Sequence record: MK250021.1
Strand: one strand, 5' to 3'
Length of the DNA: 64,000 bases
Shown here: in pieces, positions 17,796-27,796 of the stretch
Position numbering within the stretch: position 1 is the stretch's first letter
Layout of the letters: every line of letters begins with the position of its first letter
The notes under the pieces: model-generated
Told to the model about the DNA's origin: nothing
Seen by the model: the letters and a program-made list of their open reading frames with translations, nothing else
Databases searched by the model: none
Program-made: the position numbers and the translations under genes

Positions 17796-18248
17796 ATGAC
17801 AACAGGTGAATTAGACGAAATTGTAAAAGATATTATTAATATTTTTGGTAAACATATAAAGCTTGCAAGTTTATCAGGAAAATCATATGCAACAGGACAT
17901 GAAAATTATTATGATATAGTGTTTGAGAATACTACATCATTTACTTCACGAATGTTCGGTTATCAATATAGAAAGTTCCTTAATAATCTTGCAAGTTTAA
18001 CTAATGGTGAAACAAGAAAAACAAATTCATATAAAGGATTTGTATATTATTGGTTTCCTGGATTTATTTACAAGAAAAATAATTTAAGAATTGAATTTGG
18101 AAGGAAAGGTTGGAATAGACATAGTGGTGATGATTCAACTACATGTTTTTATATGACGACTAATAACAAATATATTATTGAAGAAATTGTTAATAATATA
18201 TTAAGAGATAGAGATATACGTATTTTAAAGAAGAATGATTATGAATAA
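17796..18248 (+). CDS. Hypothetical protein
   Basis: 150 aa within the operon. Confidence 0.65.
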   Translation: MTTGELDEIVKDIINIFGKHIKLASLSGKSYATGHENYYDIVFENTTSFTSRMFGYQYRKFLNNLASLTNGETRKTNSYKGFVYYWFPGFIYKKNNLRIEFGRKGWNRHSGDDSTTCFYMTTNNKYIIEEIVNNILRDRDIRILKKNDYE

Positions 18249-18888
18249 TAAACCAACATTAGTGATTCCAAAAGGTAGGTTATATACAGGAATTAAACAT
18301 ATGTTTAATGTATGTAATATTGATATGCCTGATGAGAATACTAGACAATATTATTTTCCTAATTGGAGTGATGATTGTTCATTATTCATTGCAAAACCTA
18401 AAGCAATACCAGAATTAATTGCAAGTAAATTCTGTGAATTCGGTATGTGCGGATATGATATTATAAAGAATAGTGAATATGAAAATGATATAGAGCTCAT
18501 TAAACACACAGGACTAAATAGAGTAAAAGTATGTTTAGCTTCACGATATAATATTGATGAATTGTGTCATATGAATAAACCAGTTATTTGTGCCACTGAA
18601 TTTGATGTGTTAGCAAATCATTATTTTACAAAATTAGGAATTCCGCATTATATATTAAATACAGCAGGTTCAACAGAAGGATATATTGATATTGGTGCAG
18701 ATTGTATTATTGATGTTGTAGAAACAGGGAAAACACTTAAAGAAAATAATATTAATATATTAGATACACTGATTGATACTGATACATGTATATTTGAACA
18801 TGCATCATTAATGGATGCAATGTTACCATCAAATATACAAATAATTTATGATCAATGGATTAATAAGACATGGGAAACGAGAATGTAA
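18235..18888 (+). CDS. hisG: ATP phosphoribosyltransferase-like (short-form HisG, no C-terminal regulatory domain)
   Basis: IPKGRLY, KPKAIPELI, GMCGYDII, ATEF, GSTEGY, ADCIIDVVETGKTLKEN. Confidence 0.85.
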   Translation: MIMNNKPTLVIPKGRLYTGIKHMFNVCNIDMPDENTRQYYFPNWSDDCSLFIAKPKAIPELIASKFCEFGMCGYDIIKNSEYENDIELIKHTGLNRVKVCLASRYNIDELCHMNKPVICATEFDVLANHYFTKLGIPHYILNTAGSTEGYIDIGADCIIDVVETGKTLKENNINILDTLIDTDTCIFEHASLMDAMLPSNIQIIYDQWINKTWETRM

Positions 18889-19331
18889 AATATATAGTAG
18901 AATTTGATGGTAATGATGGCACAGGAAAAACTTATACGATAAAAGTATTATCAAAAGTTTTTCCTAACTGCATTTTTATAGATAGAGGATTATTCAGTAA
19001 AGCAACATTGCTATCAGACGAAAATGATGAAATGTATAAGTATATTGATGATAATATTGATATGAATAGAATTTATATTATATTGGATGATTATCCAGAA
19101 CATTGTCAAATGCTTATAAAAAGAAGAGGAGATTCTATTGAAGAGAAATATCATACAATAGAAGATTTAGAGTATTATCGTAAACAATTTACAAACTTAT
19201 ATGGTTATTGTTGTAAAAAGAATTATGATAATGTTTATTTAGTTACACGATTATTACCAGATCATGTTCAGGTAATGATTGATATTATTAAGAAATTTAC
19301 TAATTTTAATAAGGAAAATAATAATGAGTAA
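18870..19331 (+). CDS. Nucleoside monophosphate kinase (thymidylate-kinase-like P-loop)
   Basis: EFDGNDGTGKT Walker A, FIDRG motif, IKRRG lid. Confidence 0.75.
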   Translation: MGNENVKYIVEFDGNDGTGKTYTIKVLSKVFPNCIFIDRGLFSKATLLSDENDEMYKYIDDNIDMNRIYIILDDYPEHCQMLIKRRGDSIEEKYHTIEDLEYYRKQFTNLYGYCCKKNYDNVYLVTRLLPDHVQVMIDIIKKFTNFNKENNNE

Positions 19332-19974
19332 AATAATTATTGGTACCAGTAATCCAGGTAAGATTAGAGAAATTGCATCTATTCTTTCACCATTAGGATA
19401 TGAGATTGAACCGCATGCATTGGATGTTGATGAAACAGGAAAGACTATTAAAGATAATGCTATTATAAAAGCAAAAGCATATAGTAATGTATTTCCAGAT
19501 ACTTATGTTATTGCAGAAGATAGTGGATTAGTCGTTCCTAAATTGAATAATCTTCCTGGTCCGTATTCAGCAAGATTTCATGAAATTACAATAGATGATA
19601 ATTTGAATGTTATAAATGTTCCACATGAAGAATTTACTACGGATAAATCTGAACATGATAAACTTAATAATGAGAAGTTGTTGAAGTATATTAAAGATAT
19701 TCCGTTTGATGAGCGTGCAGCATATTTTGAAGTATGTTTTGTCATTGCAAAGAATGGAATTATTCAAGAAACATTTAGTGGTTATTCATATGGTTATATA
19801 GCAGATGAATTACGTGGAACAAATGGATTTGGTTATGATCCATTGTTTATTGGTGAGAATACATTTGGTAAGACATATGCAGAACTAGATTCTGCAAGAA
19901 AGAATTTAAAGAGTCACAGAAAGCAAGCATTGAAACAATTGGGCCTTTGGGTTTCACAGAATATAGAGAATTAA
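19324..19974 (+). CDS. rdgB: Non-canonical purine NTP pyrophosphatase (RdgB/HAM1 ITPase)
   Basis: GTSNPGK, ETGKTIKDNAIIKA, AEDSGL, PGPYSARF, GFGYDPLF, KSHR; start at ATG 19324. Confidence 0.9.
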   Translation: MSKIIIGTSNPGKIREIASILSPLGYEIEPHALDVDETGKTIKDNAIIKAKAYSNVFPDTYVIAEDSGLVVPKLNNLPGPYSARFHEITIDDNLNVINVPHEEFTTDKSEHDKLNNEKLLKYIKDIPFDERAAYFEVCFVIAKNGIIQETFSGYSYGYIADELRGTNGFGYDPLFIGENTFGKTYAELDSARKNLKSHRKQALKQLGLWVSQNIEN

Positions 19975-19980
19975 TAATAT

Positions 19981-20472
19981 ATGAAGAAATTTATTTTTCC
20001 AGGTTCATTTGATCCTTTTACAAATGGGCATAAAGCAATAGTAGATCAGACATATAAATTGTGTGATGAATTTATTATAGCATTAGCGACAAACTTAAAG
20101 AAAGGAGAAGGACTTATTAAACGTCCTGAGCGTATTAAGTTAATTAAAGAGATTTTTAAAGATTATCCGAATGTAAAGGTAATTGATATGACAGATACCT
20201 TGATTTCTGATTATTGTAAAAAGAATGGAGTTTCTTATATTGTTAGAGGTATCAGAAATTCGGAAGACTTTACATATGAAAAATCATTGGCAGCTACTAA
20301 CCATTATTTGGCAGGAGTAGAAACTATGTTGGTAATGGGTTTTTGCGAACCATATAATATTGATATTTCATCTACATTCGTTAGAGAATTGGTACATTAT
20401 AAATTACCTATTGGTGAGTTTGTTCCACCAGTTGTTGAACAATATATTAAAGATAATAATTTAACATGGTAA
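19981..20472 (+). CDS. coaD: Phosphopantetheine adenylyltransferase-like (CoaD; HxGH nucleotidyltransferase)
   Basis: FPGSFDPFTNGH, RGIRNSEDFTYE, ISSTFVREL. Confidence 0.85.
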   Translation: MKKFIFPGSFDPFTNGHKAIVDQTYKLCDEFIIALATNLKKGEGLIKRPERIKLIKEIFKDYPNVKVIDMTDTLISDYCKKNGVSYIVRGIRNSEDFTYEKSLAATNHYLAGVETMLVMGFCEPYNIDISSTFVRELVHYKLPIGEFVPPVVEQYIKDNNLTW

Positions 20473-21335
20473 ATAAGATTCAAGAAGAAGATTTAAAAGC
20501 AGTTGAGTATTGTAAAACTGTATTATATCCTAAATGGAATATCAAAGATTTGTATTCTATAGATTTTGATACATTTAGAAAAATGCCGTTGGTTGTAGAA
20601 GGTGAAAGTAAAGAGATACGTGCATTGGATGATGATTATTGTATCATTTATTTTAAACCTACAATTTATTCATTTACATATAATAGAACTGGTATTGTAG
20701 AAGGAAGTAATATTCCACGTGTTCATGTAAGTAAAGTATTGTGTGAGTTACTTAAAGAAAATGGTATTAAACATGCATATCTAGATTATGGTGATGAATT
20801 TGTATTAGCACGCATAATTAAAGATACACCTAATATTGAAGTTGTTGTAAAAGCAAATCATACAGGTACAAGTAAACATAGATATTTTGGTATGGGTAAA
20901 TCACATGTAAGAATGTCACATCCATATTATTCGGGAATGGAAATTAAAGACATGGAACCATATCCAGCACCTATTGTAAGATTTGATTGGCGAAATCCAT
21001 TTTGGGAACCAAATACACATAAGATGTTAGCTGATGAAGTTATGTGCGATGATCAAGCAGATTATTATATTGATGTTAAGAAAGCAAAGAAAACTGCAGC
21101 ACTAACATTCAGTGTATTAAGTGATTTTCTTGCAAGTAAAGATATTGTTATTTATGATTTGTGTTTGTTTATATCAGAAGATGGTGAAACAGTATATGGA
21201 GAAATTTCACCAGATTGTGGAAGATATAGACATTATGATTTAGGAAGTCTTGATAAGGATGTATGGCGTGCAGGAGGTTCATCAGATCAGGTATTGGAGA
21301 AGTGGAATTTACTGTATAAAATGATTACACAATAA
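20466..21335 (+). CDS. purC: Divergent SAICAR-synthetase (PurC) family protein
   Basis: VEGESKEI, IEVVVKAN.TGT, GEISPDCGR, LDKDVWR; several canonical PurC motifs are altered. Confidence 0.75.
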   Translation: MVNKIQEEDLKAVEYCKTVLYPKWNIKDLYSIDFDTFRKMPLVVEGESKEIRALDDDYCIIYFKPTIYSFTYNRTGIVEGSNIPRVHVSKVLCELLKENGIKHAYLDYGDEFVLARIIKDTPNIEVVVKANHTGTSKHRYFGMGKSHVRMSHPYYSGMEIKDMEPYPAPIVRFDWRNPFWEPNTHKMLADEVMCDDQADYYIDVKKAKKTAALTFSVLSDFLASKDIVIYDLCLFISEDGETVYGEISPDCGRYRHYDLGSLDKDVWRAGGSSDQVLEKWNLLYKMITQ

Positions 21336-21337
21336 TT

Positions 21338-21574
21338 ATGAGAAAATACGAATGTGAGATTGAAGATTATCATGGACATTTCTTTCACCATCGGTTTGAA
21401 GCAAACGATGATAATGAAGCGTTGGATAAAGCAAATGACCATGGTTATAGATATTATGCTAATGATGATACTTTATATTATGTAGAAGGAGATTATGTTG
21501 ATTATAGTAATATAAGTACAGATCATTATAAAGAGAATATAAAGAAGTACCATCAAATATGGACTTCAATTTAA
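21338..21574 (+). CDS. Hypothetical protein
   Basis: 78 aa, last gene before a terminator. Confidence 0.6.
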   Translation: MRKYECEIEDYHGHFFHHRFEANDDNEALDKANDHGYRYYANDDTLYYVEGDYVDYSNISTDHYKENIKKYHQIWTSI

Positions 21575-21585
21575 ATAGTATATTT

Positions 21586-21620
21586 AAAAGTCACTAAAAT
21601 AAAAACTTTAGTGACTTTTT
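21586..21620 (+). terminator. Rho-independent terminator
   Basis: AAAAGTCACTAAA/TTTAGTGACTTTT. Confidence 0.7.
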
Positions 21621-21660
21621 CTATTATTATATATGAATTATAATTTAAACTATAAGATAA

Positions 21661-22044
21661 ATGAATTTAATTACAAATATAAAGAAATCATACAAACATA
21701 TACCATATACATTTAAACATTGGAAGATGGTATTGAAATTAGAGAAGAAATATATAGGCTATTATAAATATCCTTTTCATGATTTAGATAAATTGTTCAT
21801 GTATATATTCTTCCCTTATTTAGGAACAAAGATAATTCAGAAAATTCATACAAAGTTTGCTAATCATCATTTACGTAAATATAAGAAACATATGAATTTT
21901 GATGAAGCTATTCTTGATTGGGAATCTGCAAGGTTTACAAAACCTGATAAACCATTGGATGCGTGGGATACATATCAAAAATATTTTACGGAATTTTCAA
22001 ATGAACTTTTACCTATATTTGAAAAATTTAACTTGAAACATTAA
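21661..22044 (+). CDS. HD-like hypothetical protein
   Basis: H..HDLDK..H..HH..DWESAR.TKPDKPL pattern. Confidence 0.6.
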   Translation: MNLITNIKKSYKHIPYTFKHWKMVLKLEKKYIGYYKYPFHDLDKLFMYIFFPYLGTKIIQKIHTKFANHHLRKYKKHMNFDEAILDWESARFTKPDKPLDAWDTYQKYFTEFSNELLPIFEKFNLKH

Positions 22045-22552
22045 AGACTTTATTTATATACGTTTATATAAAATACATAATGATTTTGTTTTAGAAGAAC
22101 ATTTATAAAAACTGTTTTAATAATTAGTGTAAAAGTGAGCACACAGAAAAAGAGAATTATGATAATTTCTGTAGAGCATGGATCAATACCAGCATTATAT
22201 AATGTACAGTTTATAGCAACGAATGTTCGAAATTTAAATTAACTATATGTCTAACATTCTTAATTTTTATTATTGGTAATAAGTGGCAAAACATGCTAGG
22301 AATAGTAAGTTATCGGTTCGAACCCGATATAATAAAGATAGAAAATGGATGATAGTTAATGATGCTAGATATAACGCTTATTATAGAAGTATTATAGGAT
22401 TTGATTGAAGTGCGGATGTTTATTATACCTGTTCTATTTTTTAATAAAACAAATGTCCCTATAGATTGAAACATGGATTGAGATGAATATAATATGATGT
22501 AATTTTAAGTTTGTTATATTTAGCATTAATTTTTTTAATAAGAATTATTAAT

Positions 22553-22996
22553 ATGTATATGTTACGATTACAAGATTTACCAGATGGTGCAATAGTTCAA
22601 TTATACTATAGGTCTTACGAAGAAGGATATGGACGTAGTAAACCAAGGTTTAGAACATATATTATATCATTTAATGATAATACTATAATTTTTTCAAATG
22701 TAGAATCTAAATACGAAGGTAATTTTAGTTTTTATTTAAATCAAACAGCACAATATATACATTTTGATCCAACAGACATAAATAATATTAATAATTTTGG
22801 ATTTGATAAAAACTATATTATTGTATATGGAATTTATACATTTGATGATTCTAATAATAAAGTAAAAATGCCATATTCAATGAAAGGCAAGTATAAAATG
22901 AACATATACAATACAAAATGTATATATCAAGAAGATATATCAAAAATTGCAGAGGATGAAATACAAGCTTACAATAGACGATACAAATATTATTAA
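22553..22996 (+). CDS. Hypothetical protein
   Basis: ORF; ATG 22553 preferred over TTG 22511. Confidence 0.55.
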   Translation: MYMLRLQDLPDGAIVQLYYRSYEEGYGRSKPRFRTYIISFNDNTIIFSNVESKYEGNFSFYLNQTAQYIHFDPTDINNINNFGFDKNYIIVYGIYTFDDSNNKVKMPYSMKGKYKMNIYNTKCIYQEDISKIAEDEIQAYNRRYKYY

Positions 22997-23507
22997 TATA
23001 AACATATTACCCGGTGCAAAATTTGAATGTACAATATATAAAGGTGACGGACATTATGAAAGTTCATATGGAACTATTATGAAATGCAATGATAGATTAG
23101 TATTAATGTTGTGTGGACTTTTGTTTTTTGGATATGACTATCATTCTTGGAATAGTATTCATACTTATAATAAAAAACATTATCTGTATTATAATTATTA
23201 TAAGAATGATAACGATAGTATGAAAATAAAAGGTATTGTATGGTATTTAGATTTTGAAAAATATCCAGATAATTTTGGATTGTCTCCAAAATTATTTGTT
23301 GTTACTGATATATGGTTTAATAATATACATATATATAAAAGTAATTATATGTTAAAGAAATACCAACCAAGTTTAAAACCAAATTATATACATGAAGCAA
23401 ATGAAAATTGTAAATGTTTTAAATATTGCGGTAGTAGTGTATATTCATCGGAAAAGTTAGAGGAATATGCAGAAGTAATACCTAATAAAAATTATAATTA
23501 TGAATAA
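22947..23507 (+). CDS. Hypothetical protein
   Basis: 186 aa; start uncertain. Confidence 0.5.
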   Translation: MQRMKYKLTIDDTNIININILPGAKFECTIYKGDGHYESSYGTIMKCNDRLVLMLCGLLFFGYDYHSWNSIHTYNKKHYLYYNYYKNDNDSMKIKGIVWYLDFEKYPDNFGLSPKLFVVTDIWFNNIHIYKSNYMLKKYQPSLKPNYIHEANENCKCFKYCGSSVYSSEKLEEYAEVIPNKNYNYE

Positions 23508-24978
23508 TATTAAAGAAAATAATTTTTTCATTCCTAGAAAAATTGCTGTAGGATTTGTAAAAAGAGCAAATACATATTCAGGAAAGTTATCTTATATTAC
23601 TTATTATGATAATACTAATAAATTACGTAAGGACGTATCTTGGAATGGTTGGAGAGATAAAAATATAGAACCTGTATATACGGATAATATTCCAACATCA
23701 GGTTTTATTATTAATAAACGTGCAGGAGGCGAAAAATGGGGATGGAACCAAAGAGCAACATATGCGCGTATATATGATCCAAGAGGATTTGAATTTGAGA
23801 TAACTATAGATAATCTTCTTTGGATTCTTGAATATACTAATTCAGAAAACAAGGAATTAAAAGGACAATTTGTATATAGTTGGTATGGAACTGAACTTGT
23901 ACTTATGCCTATTGTTTCATCTGATTATGAAGAATCTAAACGTTTATCTGAACAACAATATAATAAAACATCGTTTAAAGAACGCGATTTAATTCCTGGA
24001 ACACTTTATAAAATGAAAGGTAAGGAATTAAATGAATTGGTATATATTGGTAAAGTAAAAGTATCTACTGAATTCAATATGTCTTATGTTAATAAATTAG
24101 CATTTGTACCTATACAGGATTCTTGGAAGTTATATTCACATTATGATAAAAATATCAACAGATCTGATTTCTTTATATTTAAAAGTGTTTCGTCTGTTAT
24201 AGCAGAAATGCAACAAAATTATTTTAGTGACGATATTGTAAAAGAATATCTACATAGATTTGATATGTGCGCGTATTCATATAATTTCTGGAATAATTTT
24301 GGTAATTTCATTGATAAATTTGTTTCTGACCATCCATGTATAATGAATGATTATAAAAAACCATATAAGATAGAATATAATAGATATAGCACAGAGAAGA
24401 ATAATTATAATAATATTATTGATAAATTCGAATATAATGGTATAAAGTTAGATTCATTAAGAATTATTCCTGAATGGTTAATCCAAACAGACAGAGAACA
24501 CATATTTTATGAAAATACAAGTGTATTAAAATCAGTTATATCCGATGATGGTAAATCCGTATTGATAAAAGATCAATATCCTACTATAGAAAAGATTAAT
24601 ACATTTAATAGGATTGTATATAAACGAATGTATGATTTCATGAATATTGATTTAAATACAAATACATTTAATAAAATATGTGATCCCGGATTGTGGGATG
24701 AATATAGAGGTCATCATTCTTGCGAAGTATCAAATATTATATATAAGCATCCATCAGAAACTACAGATGTTCAGAAAGCAAGAGAAATTAATACTCAGGT
24801 TTCATTAAATGATAACAGAACATTCTTATATTATATAACGAAGGATAATTATATATCTATATCATTACAGGAAATGATACGGAATCATCGTTATATGAAA
24901 TTCGGTTTCTCGAATGGTATAGATGAGAATAAATGGGTAACATTAGATGTAATATTGTTACCAAAAAAGATTAAGTAA
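23500..24978 (+). CDS. Conserved jumbo-phage hypothetical protein
   Basis: 492 aa; VGFVKR..KLSYITYYD..SWNGWRD..RIYDPRGFEFEIT. Confidence 0.75.
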   Translation: MNNIKENNFFIPRKIAVGFVKRANTYSGKLSYITYYDNTNKLRKDVSWNGWRDKNIEPVYTDNIPTSGFIINKRAGGEKWGWNQRATYARIYDPRGFEFEITIDNLLWILEYTNSENKELKGQFVYSWYGTELVLMPIVSSDYEESKRLSEQQYNKTSFKERDLIPGTLYKMKGKELNELVYIGKVKVSTEFNMSYVNKLAFVPIQDSWKLYSHYDKNINRSDFFIFKSVSSVIAEMQQNYFSDDIVKEYLHRFDMCAYSYNFWNNFGNFIDKFVSDHPCIMNDYKKPYKIEYNRYSTEKNNYNNIIDKFEYNGIKLDSLRIIPEWLIQTDREHIFYENTSVLKSVISDDGKSVLIKDQYPTIEKINTFNRIVYKRMYDFMNIDLNTNTFNKICDPGLWDEYRGHHSCEVSNIIYKHPSETTDVQKAREINTQVSLNDNRTFLYYITKDNYISISLQEMIRNHRYMKFGFSNGIDENKWVTLDVILLPKKIK

Positions 24979-25002
24979 TTTTTTTATTTCAAAATAATTA
25001 TG

Positions 25003-25010
25003 TATCTTTG
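25003..25010 (+). promoter_or_regulatory. Bacteroidetes -7 promoter element
   Basis: TATCTTTG in a 27-nt block identical to 1864-1890. Confidence 0.65.
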
Positions 25011-25055
25011 TATTGTTAATAAACAAAAAGTATAAACAATTAAAAATATATAATT

Positions 25056-25547
25056 ATGGCAACAAATAAAAAGAATACAGTTAAGAAGTATATGCTTTCC
25101 CAAAATTTACCTTTTGGTAATTTAAAAGCAGGCATGATTTTCTCTTATGATACTATTACAAAAACTGCGGTATTTCCAAATGGACAAGAGATCTCACCAT
25201 TTGATGTAACAGATAAGAATTTCGTTAAGTCTGTCGCAGATGTAAAGTTTAATGTAGGTGATTGTGTCATTTATCATACACGATTGTATAAGATTACTGA
25301 TATTAACTATGTAACAGGTCGTTGTAAGCTTTTAGAGTTTTACGCAAATAAAGAGGTTGATTTTGTAAGTCATTCTGTATTGACAGCAGCACAAGTTTAT
25401 TGGTTTGTTAATTCGTCTGGAACTGTTTCATCATCATATATTGGCAAACAACCAGATGCAGACTTATGGAGAGCAAAAACAAAGAACATGTTTAATACCA
25501 AGGAGGAGTGTCAGAAGTATAAGAATATTGTTCTTAAAAGTAAATAA
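25056..25547 (+). CDS. Hypothetical protein
   Basis: 163 aa, TAG-free. Confidence 0.7.
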   Translation: MATNKKNTVKKYMLSQNLPFGNLKAGMIFSYDTITKTAVFPNGQEISPFDVTDKNFVKSVADVKFNVGDCVIYHTRLYKITDINYVTGRCKLLEFYANKEVDFVSHSVLTAAQVYWFVNSSGTVSSSYIGKQPDADLWRAKTKNMFNTKEECQKYKNIVLKSK

Positions 25548-25593
25548 AGAATATTTTTCAAATTTAAAATTTTAAATTAATATTTTATTTAAC

Positions 25594-25631
25594 TCTTAAA
25601 GAGATTTGTAGTGATTACAAGTCTCTTTTTT
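25594..25631 (+). terminator. Rho-independent terminator
   Basis: AAAGAGATTTGTA/TACAAGTCTCTTT plus T run. Confidence 0.65.
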
Positions 25632-25667
25632 CTTTTTAATAAATATATAAAATATAAAAGAAGTATT

Positions 25668-26261
25668 ATGCCAACAATGATGCCATTAATGGATAAAGAT
25701 ACCGTAAGATATATAACATAGAATATTACACCAGAAGAAACTAAATATGTAGCTGATATAAAATCTACTATTGATGATACAAAGTGTGAACCAGAGAAAT
25801 GTGATGATGTTATATATCTTACTAAGATTATCGCTTTTTATACTAAATTTACAAATCTTGCAAATACAACACCTAATAATCAATATAAGATGCATATTCA
25901 AGATTTTATGTGGAGATTACAGCAATATAAGGAAGATATATTTGAAGTTGTTCAATCTATCATAGGAGTTTTAAATGGTTCCGATATTACAAAGATTGAA
26001 TTACCTATAAGTGATAATCCATTAGAGATTATAAATGAATTAAAACAATGTGTACAAAATTGGTTTACACTTCATACAGATGATATTGAATATGAAGGCG
26101 CTAGATCATTAACTAGTTCATTCCTTTCTGTAATTCATAAGTTTGTTTACCTTTTTAGATTAGATAAATGCTCGACTGCTGATTATGGTCAGGATTAGAA
26201 ATTACCAAATCCTGATGCAGGATTATGTGGAGTAAACGGAGCATATGCAGTAAATTTTTAA
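25668..26261 (+). CDS. Hypothetical protein, possibly a ferritin-like four-helix bundle (197 aa; 2 TAG=Gln)
   Basis: Track fragment 25890-26198 extends to ATG 25668 and TAA 26261 under code 15. Confidence 0.65.
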
Positions 26262-26272
26262 TATGATATAAT

Positions 26273-27226
26273 ATGAATCCTATAAATCAACCATCATCTA
26301 GAAATTACAATATCAATGGTAGTACAAGAAATAATGGGTTCTTATATAAAATTATGCCTTTATCATTTAATTTACAATAGAGAGGAAATGATTTTAAAGT
26401 TAAAAAATACAATAAGTGTAAATTTAATATCGGCGATAATGTAAGAGGATTGTGTTTGGAAGATAAGAAAGAACATTCAGGACGAATTACTAATATCTTA
26501 TACAGTACAAATACAGAAGTTCCTTATTTAGTTTATATCATTGATAATAAGACAAGATAGAAATTATCATTAAACTTTAGTTCGCTAGAATTTAATAATT
26601 CTAAAATTGATGAGTCATATGGGTTTGATGTTGCCATTAAACTATATGAAACATTAAATAAAGATAAATATAATAAATTAAAACTTTAGAATAGAATGGT
26701 AAATTCAATAAAAGTTTTACTTGAAGAATATTTTAATAATACAGAACAAATGGATATGTTGTTAAATGATTATTAGAAACAACAGAAAAAAGCAAGTAAA
26801 GCATATGATTCACGTCAAGAGTTTTTAAAATCAATATTAGGTAAAGTAACATATAACAAATATCAAAATAAAGGTATGTTTGCTCCTATTCCTTTATCTG
26901 CATTGCATTTAACATTCGAAGATTTTTATTATTTGTTTCCAGAGAATAATATTAAGATGAGACCAATGGATAATGAAGCAGGTGTAGAGAAAGTAAAGAA
27001 ACTTATTGCACGTATTAATAAGGAATATCCTAATAACGGTATTAGATTGTTAGATAATGGTGTTTCTTATACATTAAGTTCAAATCTTGTATTTAAGAGA
27101 TTAGATAATATAATTGATTTTTTATAGATAATTCAGAAAAATGTTTTGAGGATTTCATCTGATAAAACAAATCCAACAGTTAATTGGAAGGCGATGATAA
27201 AGAAATTCAGAAATTATCTACGATAA
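26273..27226 (+). CDS. Hypothetical protein (317 aa; several TAG=Gln)
   Basis: Continuous frame containing track fragment 26876-27127. Confidence 0.7.
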
Positions 27227-27259
27227 TCAAATAAGTAAAATAAATTAATTAAAATAATA

Positions 27260-27763
27260 ATGATGATAACTACAAACATAAGTAACATTCCAGACGCATG
27301 GGATGGTTATTTTGAACAATAGGTTAATAAGTTCACGCCTTCTGTTGAAGTTCCTAAGCCTTGGAGACATCCGGTTGGACCTGAACCTATGATGAAACCT
27401 TGCAAGCATCATAAGACATAGTTTATTATAAAACATAAACCTGCTACATTACCAAATGGACCAGAACATGGATGTAACGTATGTGATCCATATCATCCAA
27501 ATTTGTATGATCATATGAATATGCCTTGTTTTAATCAACATAAACCATATGGTATCGCTACTAATAGATTAATGAGTCCATTTGAAGATGATGATAGACC
27601 TGATTGGCATGAATTCCATGCTAAGAATCGTAAACCTATGATGTTTGAAGAAGTTATAGATGAAAATGGTTGTTCACATGGTCCTCATGGAACAATTAAT
27701 GTTAGACCAGTTGAACCTGCTGATGATGAAGCAGATGAGATTGAAGATGAAGTAACAGTTTAA
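27260..27763 (+). CDS. Pro/His-rich hypothetical protein (167 aa; 2 TAG=Gln)
   Basis: MMITTNISNIPDAWDGYFEQ*VNK... in frame with fragment 27503-27763. Confidence 0.7.
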
Positions 27764-27796
27764 AATGAAAATTAATTAATGATAGAAATATAAATT

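Noticed and set aside
18235-21335. Ordinary histidine/purine/CoA auxiliary metabolic genes
   Set aside because: Not excluded, but single steps from three pathways in one coupled operon with an ITPase and a divergent PurC fit poorly; kept as the null hypothesis
22100-22500. Short ORF fragments suggesting TGA read-through or a pseudogene
   Set aside because: No recognisable motif, and TGA is a genuine stop elsewhere (13630, 14135, 18248, 34823)
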